A DNA stretch of 62,532 nucleotides, filler included, from Stramenopiles sp. TOSAG23-3 (GCA_900128585.1; 3 parts of 3 records of this genome joined end to end with filler, not necessarily neighbours in it), one strand, 5' to 3'; shown: positions 12,154 to 24,296, counted from the first letter of the whole stretch. The notes: generated from the letters alone by a model not told the origin. Made by a program: numbers and translations.

Positions 12154-15100
12154 ATGTCTGCCGGGTTTGCCCCAGGGGAACATACGGCTGCGGAGCTGCT
12201 GGAAGATGAACTTCGGAACGAGATGTCCCAAATATCGATAAAGGCCGAGGAAGGGACGGAGCTGCTGACAAACTTGCAGACGGCCTTGCAGAATATTCGT
12301 GTAGCTGGAAAAAAAGACGGGTGGGGGCAATACAACAAGAGGTCGGTGAAACGTGGTACGCCACCGGCGCGTTCGTCCGCCCCGTCGTCGCCCATCAAAA
12401 CGAAGCAGGAAATGGTCGAACAACTTCGTATCGAAAAGAACCTTCTCGAAAACGAACGGAATGCCCTGCTCCAACACGAGGCAATTCTAGCGGAGAAGAA
12501 GAAGGCTGCGGCAGTCGCGTCTCCGCCACCATCAGCTTCGATGGAGACCGTGCTGGAAACGGCCGCCTCGCCGCAAAAATTGCAGGCCATCCTATCGAAA
12601 GCACAACAGAGTGCTGTAGTTGCGGACGCCCTGATAAAGTCCAACCAGCAAGTCTTGAGCGACTTGAAGCTTGAGACGGATAACATGTCCAACAGTGTGG
12701 GTGAAGGGAGCCCGGAAAAAATAAAAATCTACAATGATTCGGTCGACAAAATAGAGCAAGAGCATATGCACCGTTGGGCGGAAACCAGGCATACTGTCTC
12801 GGCCAATGAGGCAATAAACGAGGACATCAGTCGACTTCAAAAGCGCCATGCCAAAGTTCTAGAAGAGAACATTTTGCTGAAAAACAATGTTGAGGAATTT
12901 GCCAAGCTTCGGCGAAAGCACGTATGGCTTCAGGAGCAGTACAAAGCCCGAAGGGAGGCTATGCTCCAAGTCCAGAAACGGCAGGATGATGCGTGGCGAT
13001 TCGCTTTGCGTGCGCTTGAAGACAAAGCCGCGCTTCAAGCAACGGCCCATTCAGAAACGATCGCGCAGTTGACTATACAGTTGGAAACTGCCCAAGAGAT
13101 AGCCCGAGATTTCGAAAAAAGCGAAGAGGGTGGTGCCGATGGTGGCAATTCGCTGCAAATGTTTCGCAGCCGATGTGTGGAGCTGGAAAGCTACCTTTAC
13201 CAGGTTCGGAAAGAAAACGTGGAAATCAAGAGGATGAATCTCTCGTTGAAAGAGAAGCTGCTGTCCGCGACAGAATTGGGTCAAGACGCCGTGCGGCATG
13301 CGGAGGTAAAGAACATGGAGCTTCAGCAAACTGAGGAAACTGAGGAAAAGAAGCTGCGGTGGTTGGAGCAAGGGAACAAAACGTTGCAAATTAAACTTGA
13401 CCAACTCACGAAGCAGAACGACCTTCTGAAAGCGGAGTTGTATGAAAAGAATAAAACCATTGCTGCCTTGGGGAAGAGCAACGACTGGGCGAAAGAACGC
13501 GAAAAGTTGGAGCAGAAGGTCCGAGATTGTCAGTCCGAGATGCACGCCCTTCACTCGAAGGCGGTCGAGGAAGAAGAGTTGAAAGAAAGGTATTTGGACG
13601 AGAAATTGCAAGCGTTTCAGCGTTTGGAGGATGCCAATAGGATCTCAGAAGAGTACAAACAGTTGGTCATTCAGATGCAAACGGCGTCATCAAATGGTGA
13701 AGAAAAGGTTGGGCAGAGAGCCCTCCCTGACCAGAACCCATCTGAACAGTTTTTGCAAGGTCCTGGGGAGGAAACGGAACCAGCACCAGAGTCAAAGAGT
13801 GCGGATCAAACCATTCGTGATGTGAGAAACGTGTTCAACACTGCCGTGGACATGCAATTGGCTGCAAATCTCGGGGAAGTCTTCTGCGCGTTGGACAAAT
13901 CGAACGACGGCACTTTATCGATGCAGGAACTGAAAGACGGCCTGGCCAAGATGAAGTTCACCCTCCAGGACGAGGAAGTCCGGCAGTTGTGGGATTCCTT
14001 GGACGTGGACCACGACGACAAAATCTCTTACTCTGAGTTTGAGCAGTTTTGCGTGCAGAAACAGCGGCGGCGTAGCATTATGTCAATGGCAGCAAAATCG
14101 GCCACGAAGAGGCGCCTCTACAAGCAGACTGTTAAAACTATTGTCTCAGAGGCGGCTACACTCGGGCATTTGAAGACATCGAGGCGACGTGCTGCCACGG
14201 AAACCGCCCAGTACGCTGCCCGTGTGATGGAACGGAAACGGGTTCGTAAGTGTGCCGTTCTTGACGCTGTGAAAACTGCTGATCTAAAGCGCCGCCGACG
14301 GTCGGTAGCGTCCGATGCCGCCGCAGTGGGGACCACCAAGTCAAGAAAACGCCGGGTCGCAGCCGAGACGGCCAGTTTGGCTGCTGCGACGACCACCAGG
14401 AAGAATTTGCGGAGCATTGCTGTCGCTGAAGCAGTGAAAATAGGGGCAAGGAAAAGCCTGATACGGTCTGCCGCCGTTGAAACGGCCCGCAAAGTGCGAC
14501 ATATTGTAAATAGTAAGAACTACAAGCTGCCCGTCAGCCCGAGAAAACGGCTGAAAATGGAGGCAAAGGAGGCTTTAAAGTCGGACGAAGCTTCCATGTT
14601 TCTGAACGAGCGTATAGATCAGGACGAGCCTGTTCCTGCAGAGACCGAAAAAAGCGTAGAGCTGGAAAAGGCAGAAAACTATAAAGCGGTGATTGCAGAA
14701 ACTGAGCAGTCGATAATGGCTTTGCGGAAAACAAAAGCAGAACACCAAGCGGAGATAAACGAAAGCAAAACGCGAATTCGAGTACTGAAACAAGAAAATA
14801 AACGACTGGGCGCCGAACCAGCAGCGCTGCCTAGTCGAAAGGGCCGTGCCAGCGTCAAGAATTTGACAAAGAAACGTGCTGGCCCCGCGTCTAAAACGAA
14901 AATGGGGACCTCGACAACTGTGGTGCGGCAAAAGAAGGCTGCGAGGGGGGGGGGGGAAGCCCGTAGTAAAAAAGAATACAGGCCTGCGGCACCCAACGGT
15001 GACTGCGGGGAAAGCTGCGGGGAAAAAGGTTTCTGAAAAACGGAACAAAGTGCACTCGGCGTACAATGGGCATCAGAGACAAGCTATCAGGGCAACCGCG

Positions 15101-16408
15101 GTCGCCGCGAAAAAGGCCGAGTCCGGCAAGGGGGCATCTGAGAAGCGTAGCATGCGCACAATAAGTGCTCCAAGGCGACAAGTGAAACAGAAGAAAAAGA
15201 TCGTGCAATCGGATATATCTGTGAAGAAGGCATACAAAACGACTCTTCCAAAAGCTACTAAAACTACAGTAACGTTAAAAAAATCAAAAGCAGTTGTTAA
15301 ACGGAACCCAATAAAGAAAAAAAAGGCAGATCCAGAAGAAAACGCAGCGGACATTGAGCCAATGCCGTTGGAAAAATTGTTGTCTTCTCCCCGCCGAAAA
15401 CCGGTGGTCTTGAAACGGTTTGCGCGGGAGCCACCAACAGGTTCAAAGTGGCTTGACAAAGGCATGAGCCCTGCATCGCGGAAACCAATGAAATACAAGC
15501 CTTACACCGGTCCAATTTCGCCATCAGCAAAAGTGAACACCAAGCGCGCCAAGGGCGAAGGCCAGAATGCTGAAGAGGGCGACCCTGTCGTGAAAACCCT
15601 TGAATTTAAGAAAGACTCCAAGACAGTGGTTGTAAAGAGGCCCAAACGTATTACGACAGGATTTTCGAAAGAAAAGAAGTACAAGCCTATCTTGAGATCA
15701 AAAACAAAGATTGAGAGCACTGCTGTGGTTAAGGCAAGAACAAAGGCGGTGGGAATGGGGCAGAGAATCGTTAAGAAAACGAAGAAGGCTACTCCTATGA
15801 AAAAGGCAAAACACGTCCATAACCCTGCCAACGCTGCGAGAAGCCCTCCTCCTCCGACGATCCCGCCCCCATTATTTTTCCCACAGGAAGATTATAAAAA
15901 TGAGCTTAACGACCTGGAGCAAGACATTAGCGATTTGCTGAAGAATAGAACGAAGCAGAACAAAAGAACCTCTCGCACTGCTAAGATTGCAAAGACAGAT
16001 GAGCAGTTTTCAAAGCTGAAAAAAGATTGGTCTCACATCAAACTGGGCTACGCGCCCAAATACAGTGCCGGTTCGGGCTTGAAGAAAGCAAAACGAGTTG
16101 ACAATCGGCTTGCAAAAATAAGGAAAAAACAAGCAGCCTTGGACGCATCCATTGCCAGCACATTTGGGGGGAGTACAGGGAAAGACAGTGCATCATTCCT
16201 CCTGGAACCGACCGAATCAGCTGCAATCGTGGTCGGCGATGGTCACCGGGAAGAAGGTGATACTGTAACTGAACTAGTTCCGTCGTTCCAAAATCGTAAA
16301 GGAGGGGCAAAGAGACGGTCTACAAAGATCGTAAATGGGAGAGGTTCGATTTACATTCCAGGAGCGGAAGAAGGCGAAGATTGGGAAGATGCAACCCCAT
16401 TCCAATAA
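12154..16408 (+). CDS. Large coiled-coil protein with an EF-hand pair and a long Lys-rich tail; one frameshift at G12 (14945-14956)
   Basis: EF-hands DKSNDGTLSMQEL and DVDHDDKISYSEF. ORFs 11794..15036 and 14876..16408 join if one G is removed (KAARGGG-KPVVKK). Confidence 0.7.
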
Positions 16409-16585
16409 CCACCATCCATTCGTTTTATTTAGTACGAGTAAGTTCGTATTTATCAAGAAGTGACGCTAAGTATTTACGCAGAATGGTGTTGCCAAAGGTA
16501 GAGAAGATTGCGCGACGCTCAAATTCAAAGCACAGAGTCTTCTGTTAAATCAATTCTTACGTATAATTAAAACATCAAGATAGGA

Positions 16586-16613
16586 TTAGGGTTGGAACTG
16601 AAATAGTAATTGA
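16586..16613 (+). repeat. Fragment of the dispersed 3'-spacer repeat family (TTAGGGTTGGAACTGAAAT module)
   Basis: Matches reverse-strand copies near 53910-53925 and 54296-54313. Confidence 0.55.
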
Positions 16614-16951
16614 ATTTGTTTTTTTTATAGCTATATGGTAGTGATGATATAATCAGGGTACCTGGGTACCCGTATATGGTTTTACTAGTCGTCAGTACCA
16701 CAATCGCTTTAAAAAAAAGAAGAATGATTGATTGATTATTTTATATTTTAATATTGATGAGATGCAAAAACAAATTGTTGTAAACAAAACAACATAACAT
16801 ATTTCAAAGCCAATTGAAATAATGTTTTCTCACGTGAGACACTCAATCTATATTATTAGATGCATATTAAAACCCTTTTCTCAGTCTGTTGGAATTGGGA
16901 ATTGCTGCATTTCGCATAATTGAAACAAATGCTTGGAAGGCGTTGGCAGTG

Positions 16952-18529
16952 ATGATACTGCGAGCAGTTTTTGCAGTATGCTGCGTTGCACGCCTCGCCG
17001 TTGCTCCGTATTCGAGTCTAGTTCGCACCGAGGTTTCCGTTGAACATGTGGAAATATTAAGGGCGCTGCATGAAAAAAACGAGGAGGCCCTTGATTTATA
17101 CTGGGGCGGGGATGCTGCGTCCGCACTAGCTGTGCTCAAATCCGCTTTTTCCCCGTCCGAAGTTGCCCCAATTGGTATGTGGAAGACGTATGCATGGATC
17201 CTCCGCTCTAAAAATATGGAAACGGAAGCGTCGATTGCGCGGAAAACCATTCGAAGCATCTCGTCGTTTTTAGCGCTTCTTCAACTACAAGATTCTATGA
17301 TTCCTCTCGAAAGCGCAATTGCAAAGACATCTCTATCTGCCTACAATGAAAGCGACGATTCATACAGGGCCACCTGGGTAAGCCCGTCTAGTTTTGGTAA
17401 GTCTGGACAGCGTCTTGTGGCGAATCTGAGATTTACTCGCAGTTCGAAAGACTTTATGCGAGCCGCCGTGTCTGCAATAGTGCCAGACGACAGACTGGGA
17501 ATTCTACTGCCTGGAAATTATGAAAGTCTTGGCCTGACGTTTCGCACAATATATGAACTTGATTTCAAAGCCATGCTCTGCGAATATCCTCTGATGCAGG
17601 GTGAACCACCACCAATGGGCGCGCCCCTGCATGAATGGAAATATTTAGACATGATGAAAAAAAGCGTCACTGGATATTTGGCGGGGGAGAGTTTTGTGAA
17701 AAACCCTATCTGGGATATACCGTTTTCAAACATTTACTCGTTAAACAATTGGAACAGCACCCCGCCTTCGGTCCTCACTGCCACCCACGTTGGCTCCTTG
17801 AATGCAATGCAAGAGATCGTGAGAGAGGTTTTTTATCACAATATCCCCGGCGATATAGTTGAAGCGGGGGTATTTCGCGGGGGTATGTCTATATTTCTTG
17901 CTAGTTTGCTGGACCTTTATGATGGCGACGAAAAACAAAAAAATGCTTCGGGGGCTAGGCGACTATGGTGTGCCGATACCTTTTCCGGGATTCCGGAACG
18001 TCTGCAGAGCGAAGCCAGTGAGGTCGAAGTGAAGTCTGATCCTACGCTGCATTGGCAAAAAAATGCCTACAGCGCGTCGCTGCAGAGTGTCACGTCTCGA
18101 TTTAAGCGTTACAATTTGCTGAGCGAAAACGTTGGATTTGTTGTCGGAAAATTTTCGGAAACGTTTGGGCATTTTTCCATCGGGGGCATTTCAGTGCTCC
18201 GCATCGATTGTGACACGTATATAGGTACAATTCAAACATTGAGATATTTGTATAAAAAGGTCCCGCCCGGCGGGTTTGTAATTGTGGATGACTTTCATCT
18301 TGCTGGTGCCAGAAATGCAGTTCTCGAGTTTCGTTCATTTCAAAACGTTTCTTCCCCGCTGTTGCCCGTTCCTATTGACTACGTAAATTGCTGCGACCCG
18401 ATGAAACCGAAGAAGAACACTGAAAGAATGAAAACATTCATCGAAGATATCCTGTACCAACGAGGGGAAAATAGCAAAATTAACAGAATCATTAGCCCGC
18501 AGGCCGTGTACTGGAGAGTCGGGCAGTAA
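16952..18529 (+). CDS. TylF/MycF/NovP-family SAM-dependent O-methyltransferase with an N-terminal signal/anchor
   Basis: IPGDIVEAGVFRGG, LWCADTFSGIP, VGKFSET, LRIDCDTY..T, GGFVIVDDF match the macrocin O-methyltransferase pattern. Confidence 0.85.
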   Translation: MILRAVFAVCCVARLAVAPYSSLVRTEVSVEHVEILRALHEKNEEALDLYWGGDAASALAVLKSAFSPSEVAPIGMWKTYAWILRSKNMETEASIARKTIRSISSFLALLQLQDSMIPLESAIAKTSLSAYNESDDSYRATWVSPSSFGKSGQRLVANLRFTRSSKDFMRAAVSAIVPDDRLGILLPGNYESLGLTFRTIYELDFKAMLCEYPLMQGEPPPMGAPLHEWKYLDMMKKSVTGYLAGESFVKNPIWDIPFSNIYSLNNWNSTPPSVLTATHVGSLNAMQEIVREVFYHNIPGDIVEAGVFRGGMSIFLASLLDLYDGDEKQKNASGARRLWCADTFSGIPERLQSEASEVEVKSDPTLHWQKNAYSASLQSVTSRFKRYNLLSENVGFVVGKFSETFGHFSIGGISVLRIDCDTYIGTIQTLRYLYKKVPPGGFVIVDDFHLAGARNAVLEFRSFQNVSSPLLPVPIDYVNCCDPMKPKKNTERMKTFIEDILYQRGENSKINRIISPQAVYWRVGQ

Positions 18530-18644
18530 ATTTATGGGCAGGGGAAAAGGAATCTTTTAAACAGCGTATGCGGTGTGACACGATAATATATGAAAGTTAA
18601 CAAATGTTGAAGTTGTGATAATATTTTACAAGTTAAAATTAGGG

Positions 18645-18835
18645 TATGAGGAAGCTAAATTTAATTACTTATTAAATAACAGCCAATTTTCTTGTTTTTA
18701 ATATTTTACAAAGTAATTGATAAATTCTTACGCCAAATAAGCCGCTGTTTACTTGCCAGTTGGAATCTTGACCAGAACTTGGGGAGGATCCGTAATAGGA
18801 GGAGACATTGTTCACAGCCAAATTTTTCTTGTTTA
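18645..18835 (+). repeat. Copy of the dispersed repeat family, including the 26-mer AAATAACAGCCAATTTTCTTGTTTTT (18674-18699)
   Basis: 26-mer is identical to 31877-31902 and to the reverse complement of 56073-56098. AGAACTTGGGGAGGATC.G.AATAGGAGGAGA.ATTGTTC is shared with 54140-54185 (-). Confidence 0.8.
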
Positions 18836-18944
18836 AATTCTTACGCCTACTTCGTACGAACACTTCATGGGAGTCCTTTCCGTGTAAAGCTCTTTCGTGT
18901 GGCATCTAAACTTGTTCTATATGTAATCTACTGATACTCTACAC

Positions 18945-20630
18945 TTATTCCATAGCCATCTGGGCCCCTAAAATCTTCGCGGTGTTTTTAAAACCAAACA
19001 CATGAATTGCCCGTGACCTTGCGTATGGGTACGAGGCCCGAAAAATATCAAATTGAGGGTCACCCGTGAGTGCTATCCCTTCTAGAACGATCAACGCGCG
19101 GGTGATTAACGCAAAATAGTTCGGAACAGTGAACGGGAACTCAAAAAAGATCGAATTCAAATCCTTCGATATGGCCCCAAACCGTTTCCGGCGTTCCACG
19201 GAACGGTACGACACCGCCCCCCCTGCACCGTTCAACAGTGAGTTCTTAATTTCATCCTTCAATTTTGCTTCGTCAAACACGCGCTGCAGGACGGGGAGTA
19301 GATTGTTTCGGTCAACGTCGCTGGGTAAAAATCCTAAATGGATTGCGTCAGTGACTAAATTATCCACGTCCCCCGTCATCAAGTGGACAATGGCGCTGGT
19401 CATGCCTTTCGTATCGGGCTGAGCAACCGTCGCGCAAAGGCCAAAATCGATCAATACCAACCTGCCATATTCATCCACCAAAAGGTTCCCGGGGTGCGGG
19501 TCACTGTGAAAAAAGCCGATGTCCAGAAGCTGGGTCAAGTAAATTTTGACCCCGACTGGAATGAGACGCCTAATTGTATCCTTGTCGGACTTTGCCAACT
19601 GAATTCCGTTTATAAACTCCGAGGCAAGCACTTTTCTTGACGTAAACTTCCAAAACACAGACGGTACGTGCATTTTATCTTTTCCGATTTTAGGCACCAA
19701 GTGCTCCTGTACAAACTCCTGGTTCGTGCCTTCCTTCACATAGTCCAACTCCAGATAACTTGCGCTTGCAAACGTATCCAGAAGCTCTACGTCGTAGCTC
19801 TTTCGTTTTGCAAACAGCCCCTTCTCCATCAAGTAACTCTTAAACCCTTCTACAAAATGAGCATACTTTCGCAACAAGTACAAGTCTAAGGAAACGGCGC
19901 GAAGCATGTCGGGGCGCTGGACTTTGAGTGCAATGGTTTCTCCCGTCGCCTTGATCCTGCATTTGTATACTTGGCCCAACGATGCGGCCGCAATCGGGAT
20001 CGCGTCCTCCTCCAAGCCATCGAGCACCGAGGTTACATCACTAATCCCTAGCTCTTTCTCCACCATTTGAATCGCCGTTCTCGTTGGGAATGCGGGGACA
20101 GAGTCGCACAACTTTTGCAGCTCGTAGACCGCAATAGGTGGGAGGACGTCCGGGCGAATACTTAACATTTGGCCGAACTTGATAAACGTGGGGCCAAGTT
20201 TTGTTAGCAGATGCCGGAACTCAATTGCATAGTCTTGTTTGACCGATTCGTTTTCCATATCGGACGTCAGGTAATTTGTAAACAGGAGCCTGCTCAAAAA
20301 TGGTAAAATTGTACGCCCGATTGTAACTACTCTGGCTAGGGCGATGTTTGGGTGCTTGTCCCAATACTCCTGTATTTCTCCGGGCTGGTAAGTCCGCGGC
20401 AACCCCTCATCGCTCAAACCAACGATTTGCCGGTTGCCGTGGGACTCCGCCCAGCCAAGGTAACCAACCCCCACCGCCCCCGATCCTAGGAGGGTCCATG
20501 CTACATTACGAGCGTATCTCGGAGAGGGAGGTGTGACCTTGGCAGCGTCGATGCTAGAAAACCGAAGGGCACGAAGGCGCGCAGCCCGCGGTGTCCGCAT
20601 ATTTATACGAAGGGTTGCACCGAGAAACAT
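18945..20630 (-). CDS. ABC1/UbiB (ADCK) atypical kinase, probably organelle-targeted
   Basis: LGPTFIKFGQMLSIRPD, IAAASLGQVY, ALKVQRP, ELDY..EG.N, FFHSDPHPGN, LIDFGL; Arg-rich N-terminus. Confidence 0.92.
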   Translation of the reverse strand: MFLGATLRINMRTPRAARLRALRFSSIDAAKVTPPSPRYARNVAWTLLGSGAVGVGYLGWAESHGNRQIVGLSDEGLPRTYQPGEIQEYWDKHPNIALARVVTIGRTILPFLSRLLFTNYLTSDMENESVKQDYAIEFRHLLTKLGPTFIKFGQMLSIRPDVLPPIAVYELQKLCDSVPAFPTRTAIQMVEKELGISDVTSVLDGLEEDAIPIAAASLGQVYKCRIKATGETIALKVQRPDMLRAVSLDLYLLRKYAHFVEGFKSYLMEKGLFAKRKSYDVELLDTFASASYLELDYVKEGTNQEFVQEHLVPKIGKDKMHVPSVFWKFTSRKVLASEFINGIQLAKSDKDTIRRLIPVGVKIYLTQLLDIGFFHSDPHPGNLLVDEYGRLVLIDFGLCATVAQPDTKGMTSAIVHLMTGDVDNLVTDAIHLGFLPSDVDRNNLLPVLQRVFDEAKLKDEIKNSLLNGAGGAVSYRSVERRKRFGAISKDLNSIFFEFPFTVPNYFALITRALIVLEGIALTGDPQFDIFRASYPYARSRAIHVFGFKNTAKILGAQMAME

Positions 20631-20860
20631 CGTGACGGTAAACGCCCTGAACTGCAAAAGTTTTCCGCCGACGGTTCAACGTCTAACAAAAGTTTTCGTG
20701 GATATTGAATTGTCCTGTTGGTTGAAGAATAATTTTACGATGTAACATGCATGCTCAGAAGAAATGCGGCTGAATCTCATTTTCTTTCGTTCACGCAACG
20801 TGAATACTTACATGTTGGTATCCAACGTGTTCAGTTTGATCGATCACCTCCCCCAGGCTG

Positions 20861-20960
20861 NNNNNNNNNNNNNNNNNNNNNNNNNNNNNNNNNNNNNNNN
20901 NNNNTTAATTAATTAANNNNNNNNNNNNNNNNNNNNNNNNNNNNNNNNNNNNNNNNNNNN
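20861..20960. other. Artificial contig-joining spacer (N44-TTAATTAATTAA-N44)
   Basis: Exactly 100 nt with a six-frame stop linker; an identical structure occurs at 41810-41909. Confidence 0.95.
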
Positions 20961-22426
20961 CTCTCCCCTACAAATCGGTGCCGCCTGACCTTGTACTTCC
21001 CTGCTACCTCTTCCGTTTCTACGTTGAAATGGGTGATCTCGTCGAACAGGTCCATTTTGTTGCTCGTGTACGAGCCGGTTGCCGCGAACAAATGCTTCGC
21101 GGGCCCGTGCCCCTGGCCCTCCATCAGCTGGTTGATGCTCAAAAAGTCGCACGGCTTGCCCGAGCACAGCGCCGTCTTCTTTACGATGGTCTTGCGTGCC
21201 AGGTCGCACGTTACTTTGTACAGTGTCTGGGTCCCGAGGCCATCGCTTGACGCGCGTTTCGTGTACACGCTGGAGCCGGGCGAGAACCCGAACTCGTTGC
21301 CAAATTTGTAGCGGTCAAAGGCGCTGGTCACGAGCACGACGTGGTCGTTCGTGCTTTCGTACGCCATCCCGTGGTGCACGCTGAGCGCGCTCTCCCCGAA
21401 ATCAATAACGACTTCTGTTCGAGAACTGTTCCTAGGCACAAAGGCAATTTTCATGGTCTTCGACCGGTCCTGCTCGACGACGTTGATCAGCTGTCCGAAC
21501 CCGGTGGCCGCTTTGATCGCCCCGGGGACGCTGATGGCGATGGGGTTGCAGAGCAAGACGTAGTAGTTCGGGGTGATGAGAAAGTCGTGGCTCTGGTAGA
21601 GTCCGTCGGACTCAAACACTTGCTTGTGTAAGAGTTCGAACTTGTCGTCAAACTCGTAGAAAATGAACCTACTTTTCATGCTGAACTGGTTGACGGAGTC
21701 CCACCCGCAGCCCACGAAGCGGTTCCGCGTGTGGTCCACCCTCGTGTGGGCCAAGAACGGCCGGCGCCGCGATATCCGACCGTTGAAGGTGTAAATCCCT
21801 TTGGTCTCCAAGGTCTTGGGGTCCATCAAATGGGGTGGGCCGCCCTCGTACAGGGCGAGCAGCTGGTTCCCGTACTCCACGATGCAGGTGTTGGCCGTCC
21901 CGTCGCCGTAGGTTGGGGCAAGTATGTTGCGGACGGCCCCGAGGCTGGTGGTCGAGTATGGGTTGCTTCCCAGTCCCCGGTACACCATTCTCCCCTTCTC
22001 TTCCAGCACCTCTTTGTTGTACGTGCTGGTCCTGACGTACTTTCCCTCGTACATTACCCGGTTGTTCCTGGCGCTGAACTGAAACTTTCGAATGAACCCG
22101 TGGCCATCGAACGGGTGCTTGGCCGTCCGGTGCCCCTCCTTGTCGGTGAAGTGGTTGATCCCCGGCCCGTTCAGGTAGTAGGTCCCGTTGAGGCCCTCCG
22201 GAAGCTTTCCCTGCACGATGTCTAACTCGACGGGCGTGTCCGTCTCCTCCGCGTTCGGCCCTCCCAACAAGTACTGCACATCTTTGAGCGTGAACGGCCA
22301 GTCCTCTGAGAACGGTTCGAGCTGTTCCAATTGGTGGGTCGGGCTCGTCGGCACACTACCCGGGCTCACCATGTACGCCCCAACGGCAGCCCCCACCGCG
22401 GCAAGGGTCATTTTCTTCGTATCCAT
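20961..22426 (-). CDS. Carotenoid cleavage oxygenase (RPE65/CCD/ACO family), 3'-truncated by the contig end
   Basis: GKLPEGLNGTYYLNGPG, HPFDGHG, TANT, LLALYEGGPP, FLAH, SHDF.IT.NY, VHH (iron-ligand His positions), GE at the break. Confidence 0.9.
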
Positions 22427-22783
22427 CCGTATGAAACGTGTAGCGTCTAATAATACTTATGGTGTTGAAACTATTCTTCAATAAATGTGTGTACTTCATT
22501 ACATTTCCATCCGACGTTTATTTAAATAAATATGGTAGACGACCATGTCGAAGAGATAGATAGAAATCCATTTCTGATTTAAATATATTATTATTTTTTA
22601 TTTTGTTGTTGTTTTTTGTTGTGTTGTATGAGAAATGTAAATGTGGTGGGTGGGGGGGTTAAAAAATTAAATATATTAAGAGCAACACAGCATTATTAAA
22701 TGAATGATGTTGATTTGTTTTGTTCGATTTGGTATTCTTCCGTATTAATTATATTATTATTGTTGAGAAGAAGATGGAGTCCT

Positions 22784-22830
22784 AGAAAGAAAGAAAGAAA
22801 AAGAAAGAAAGAAAGAAAGAAAGAAAAAAA
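22784..22830 (+). repeat. (GAAA)n microsatellite
   Basis: Directly visible tandem repeat. Confidence 0.9.
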
Positions 22831-23510
22831 GAGAAATTATTAAAAGTTGTGGTTGGTCGGTTGTCCATTTAAAAGAAGAGATTGTTCACCTAACTGTTCA
22901 CCTGTTATTAGTCGTCTATTATCATTATAGTGAGGACCATACCTCGTACTTTTATTGGTACCTGCTATTACCCTTTCCTCCTTTACCTAGTAGTTTATTT
23001 ATTAATTAACATCTAAATAATATAGAGAGATAAGAACTCCAAGAAGAAGAAGAAGAAGAAGAACGAACAAAAAGAAAGAAAGAAACAAACAAATGATGAT
23101 AAAAGGTGATACGCGTAGGTGATATTAATAGGTGATGGCCAGAGTGGATGAGAGGAGACAACATGATTGATTTTGATGATGATGAATGTAAGTATGAATG
23201 ATGTGTTCTTCTTCCTTCTTCTTCTTCTTCATCAATAAGATCATCTTCAATTCATCAACGTATAATAAGAATAAGTAACATAAAAAAATTAAGATATTTA
23301 TATAATACAGTAGTATAAGTATCGATTGGAATGATTATAAAAGTACAAATTAACAGAAGGGTGTACTACGATTCAGAAAGTAGTTTCTATTCCTAACCAG
23401 ACGTAAGATATATATTTGTTATAAGACCAACGGAACAGCGAACACCAACACCGAATAAACGCCTTCTTTTCTTCATTTACGACACCACCAAGCTCCATTC
23501 CACAAACAAT

Positions 23511-24296
23511 ATGCCGCCCAAAAAGTCCCTCGATAGCAAAGATATCGAGATGCAACAACAGAACGCCAACATGAACAGTTGGGCCCTTCCTAAAAACGTG
23601 GGTTACAATCGTCGTCAGTCCCATGCGGTTGCAGCGGCACTGGGGATGGTAATGGTCTCCCGCGTCAACAATGGGCTGTCCGCACTGCCTACCGAGGCCC
23701 ACAGGGCAATTCAGGAAAGCTTCAAGTTCAAAAAGAACCCGATGCGGAACCGGAAAAACAAGAAAGCCGGCGGCGACTCCCAAGACGCCAATCTCCTGAA
23801 AAGTGATCAAGGCAGGCTACCAACGCTATCCGAGGACTTACGGTCGAGCAACGGCAGTTTTAACGACGACGAATATGACGAGGAGGGCGATGGCCTCATA
23901 CCCTTGGACCCGTCGTTAATGTTTTCCATGGAAAGAACCGTTTTGAGCGCGTACAACCAAGCCTTCCAGATCATGATGGTTGGCGGAGGCCTTATGGCCG
24001 TTGGTGCGCAGAACGACAATACCCCCAGCGATATTGGGATCTGCATCTTTGTCTGTGGCATCATTTACGGTGCAATCAGCTACGGGATGCACGTGCACCG
24101 ATTGAATGCCCTCAGGCATGGCCGAAAAATTCCCATTGAGTCCTCACTTTTATGGATCGGGAGTCTCATGTTGTTTGCAACCGCAGGAATGAGCATTGAG
24201 TTGTACTACGCCATCGTCTACCCGTACCTTAGCAGGGCGCAGGAGGTTAGCTTTGCGGGATCCCCGTTTGACGGCGGTAATTCAACGGGCCGGTAA
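23511..24296 (+). CDS. Three-TM membrane protein with a DUF202/VTC1-like domain
   Basis: SMERTVLS followed by three hydrophobic helices resembles the (A/S)NERTFL motif of DUF202/Vtc1. Confidence 0.6.
   Translation: MPPKKSLDSKDIEMQQQNANMNSWALPKNVGYNRRQSHAVAAALGMVMVSRVNNGLSALPTEAHRAIQESFKFKKNPMRNRKNKKAGGDSQDANLLKSDQGRLPTLSEDLRSSNGSFNDDEYDEEGDGLIPLDPSLMFSMERTVLSAYNQAFQIMMVGGGLMAVGAQNDNTPSDIGICIFVCGIIYGAISYGMHVHRLNALRHGRKIPIESSLLWIGSLMLFATAGMSIELYYAIVYPYLSRAQEVSFAGSPFDGGNSTGR

Noticed and set aside
20715-20860. Small hairpins and a GTAAGT donor-like site upstream of the ABC1 kinase
   Set aside because: The putative splice does not join in frame to the kinase, and the region is cut by the contig end, so it cannot be evaluated.
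20905-20916. TTAATTAATTAA palindrome as a biological site
   Set aside because: It is embedded symmetrically in Ns twice and has stops in all six frames, so it is an assembly linker.
18945-22426. ABC1 kinase next to a carotenoid oxygenase as an isoprenoid gene cluster
   Set aside because: They are separated by an artificial contig linker, so adjacency is not real evidence.
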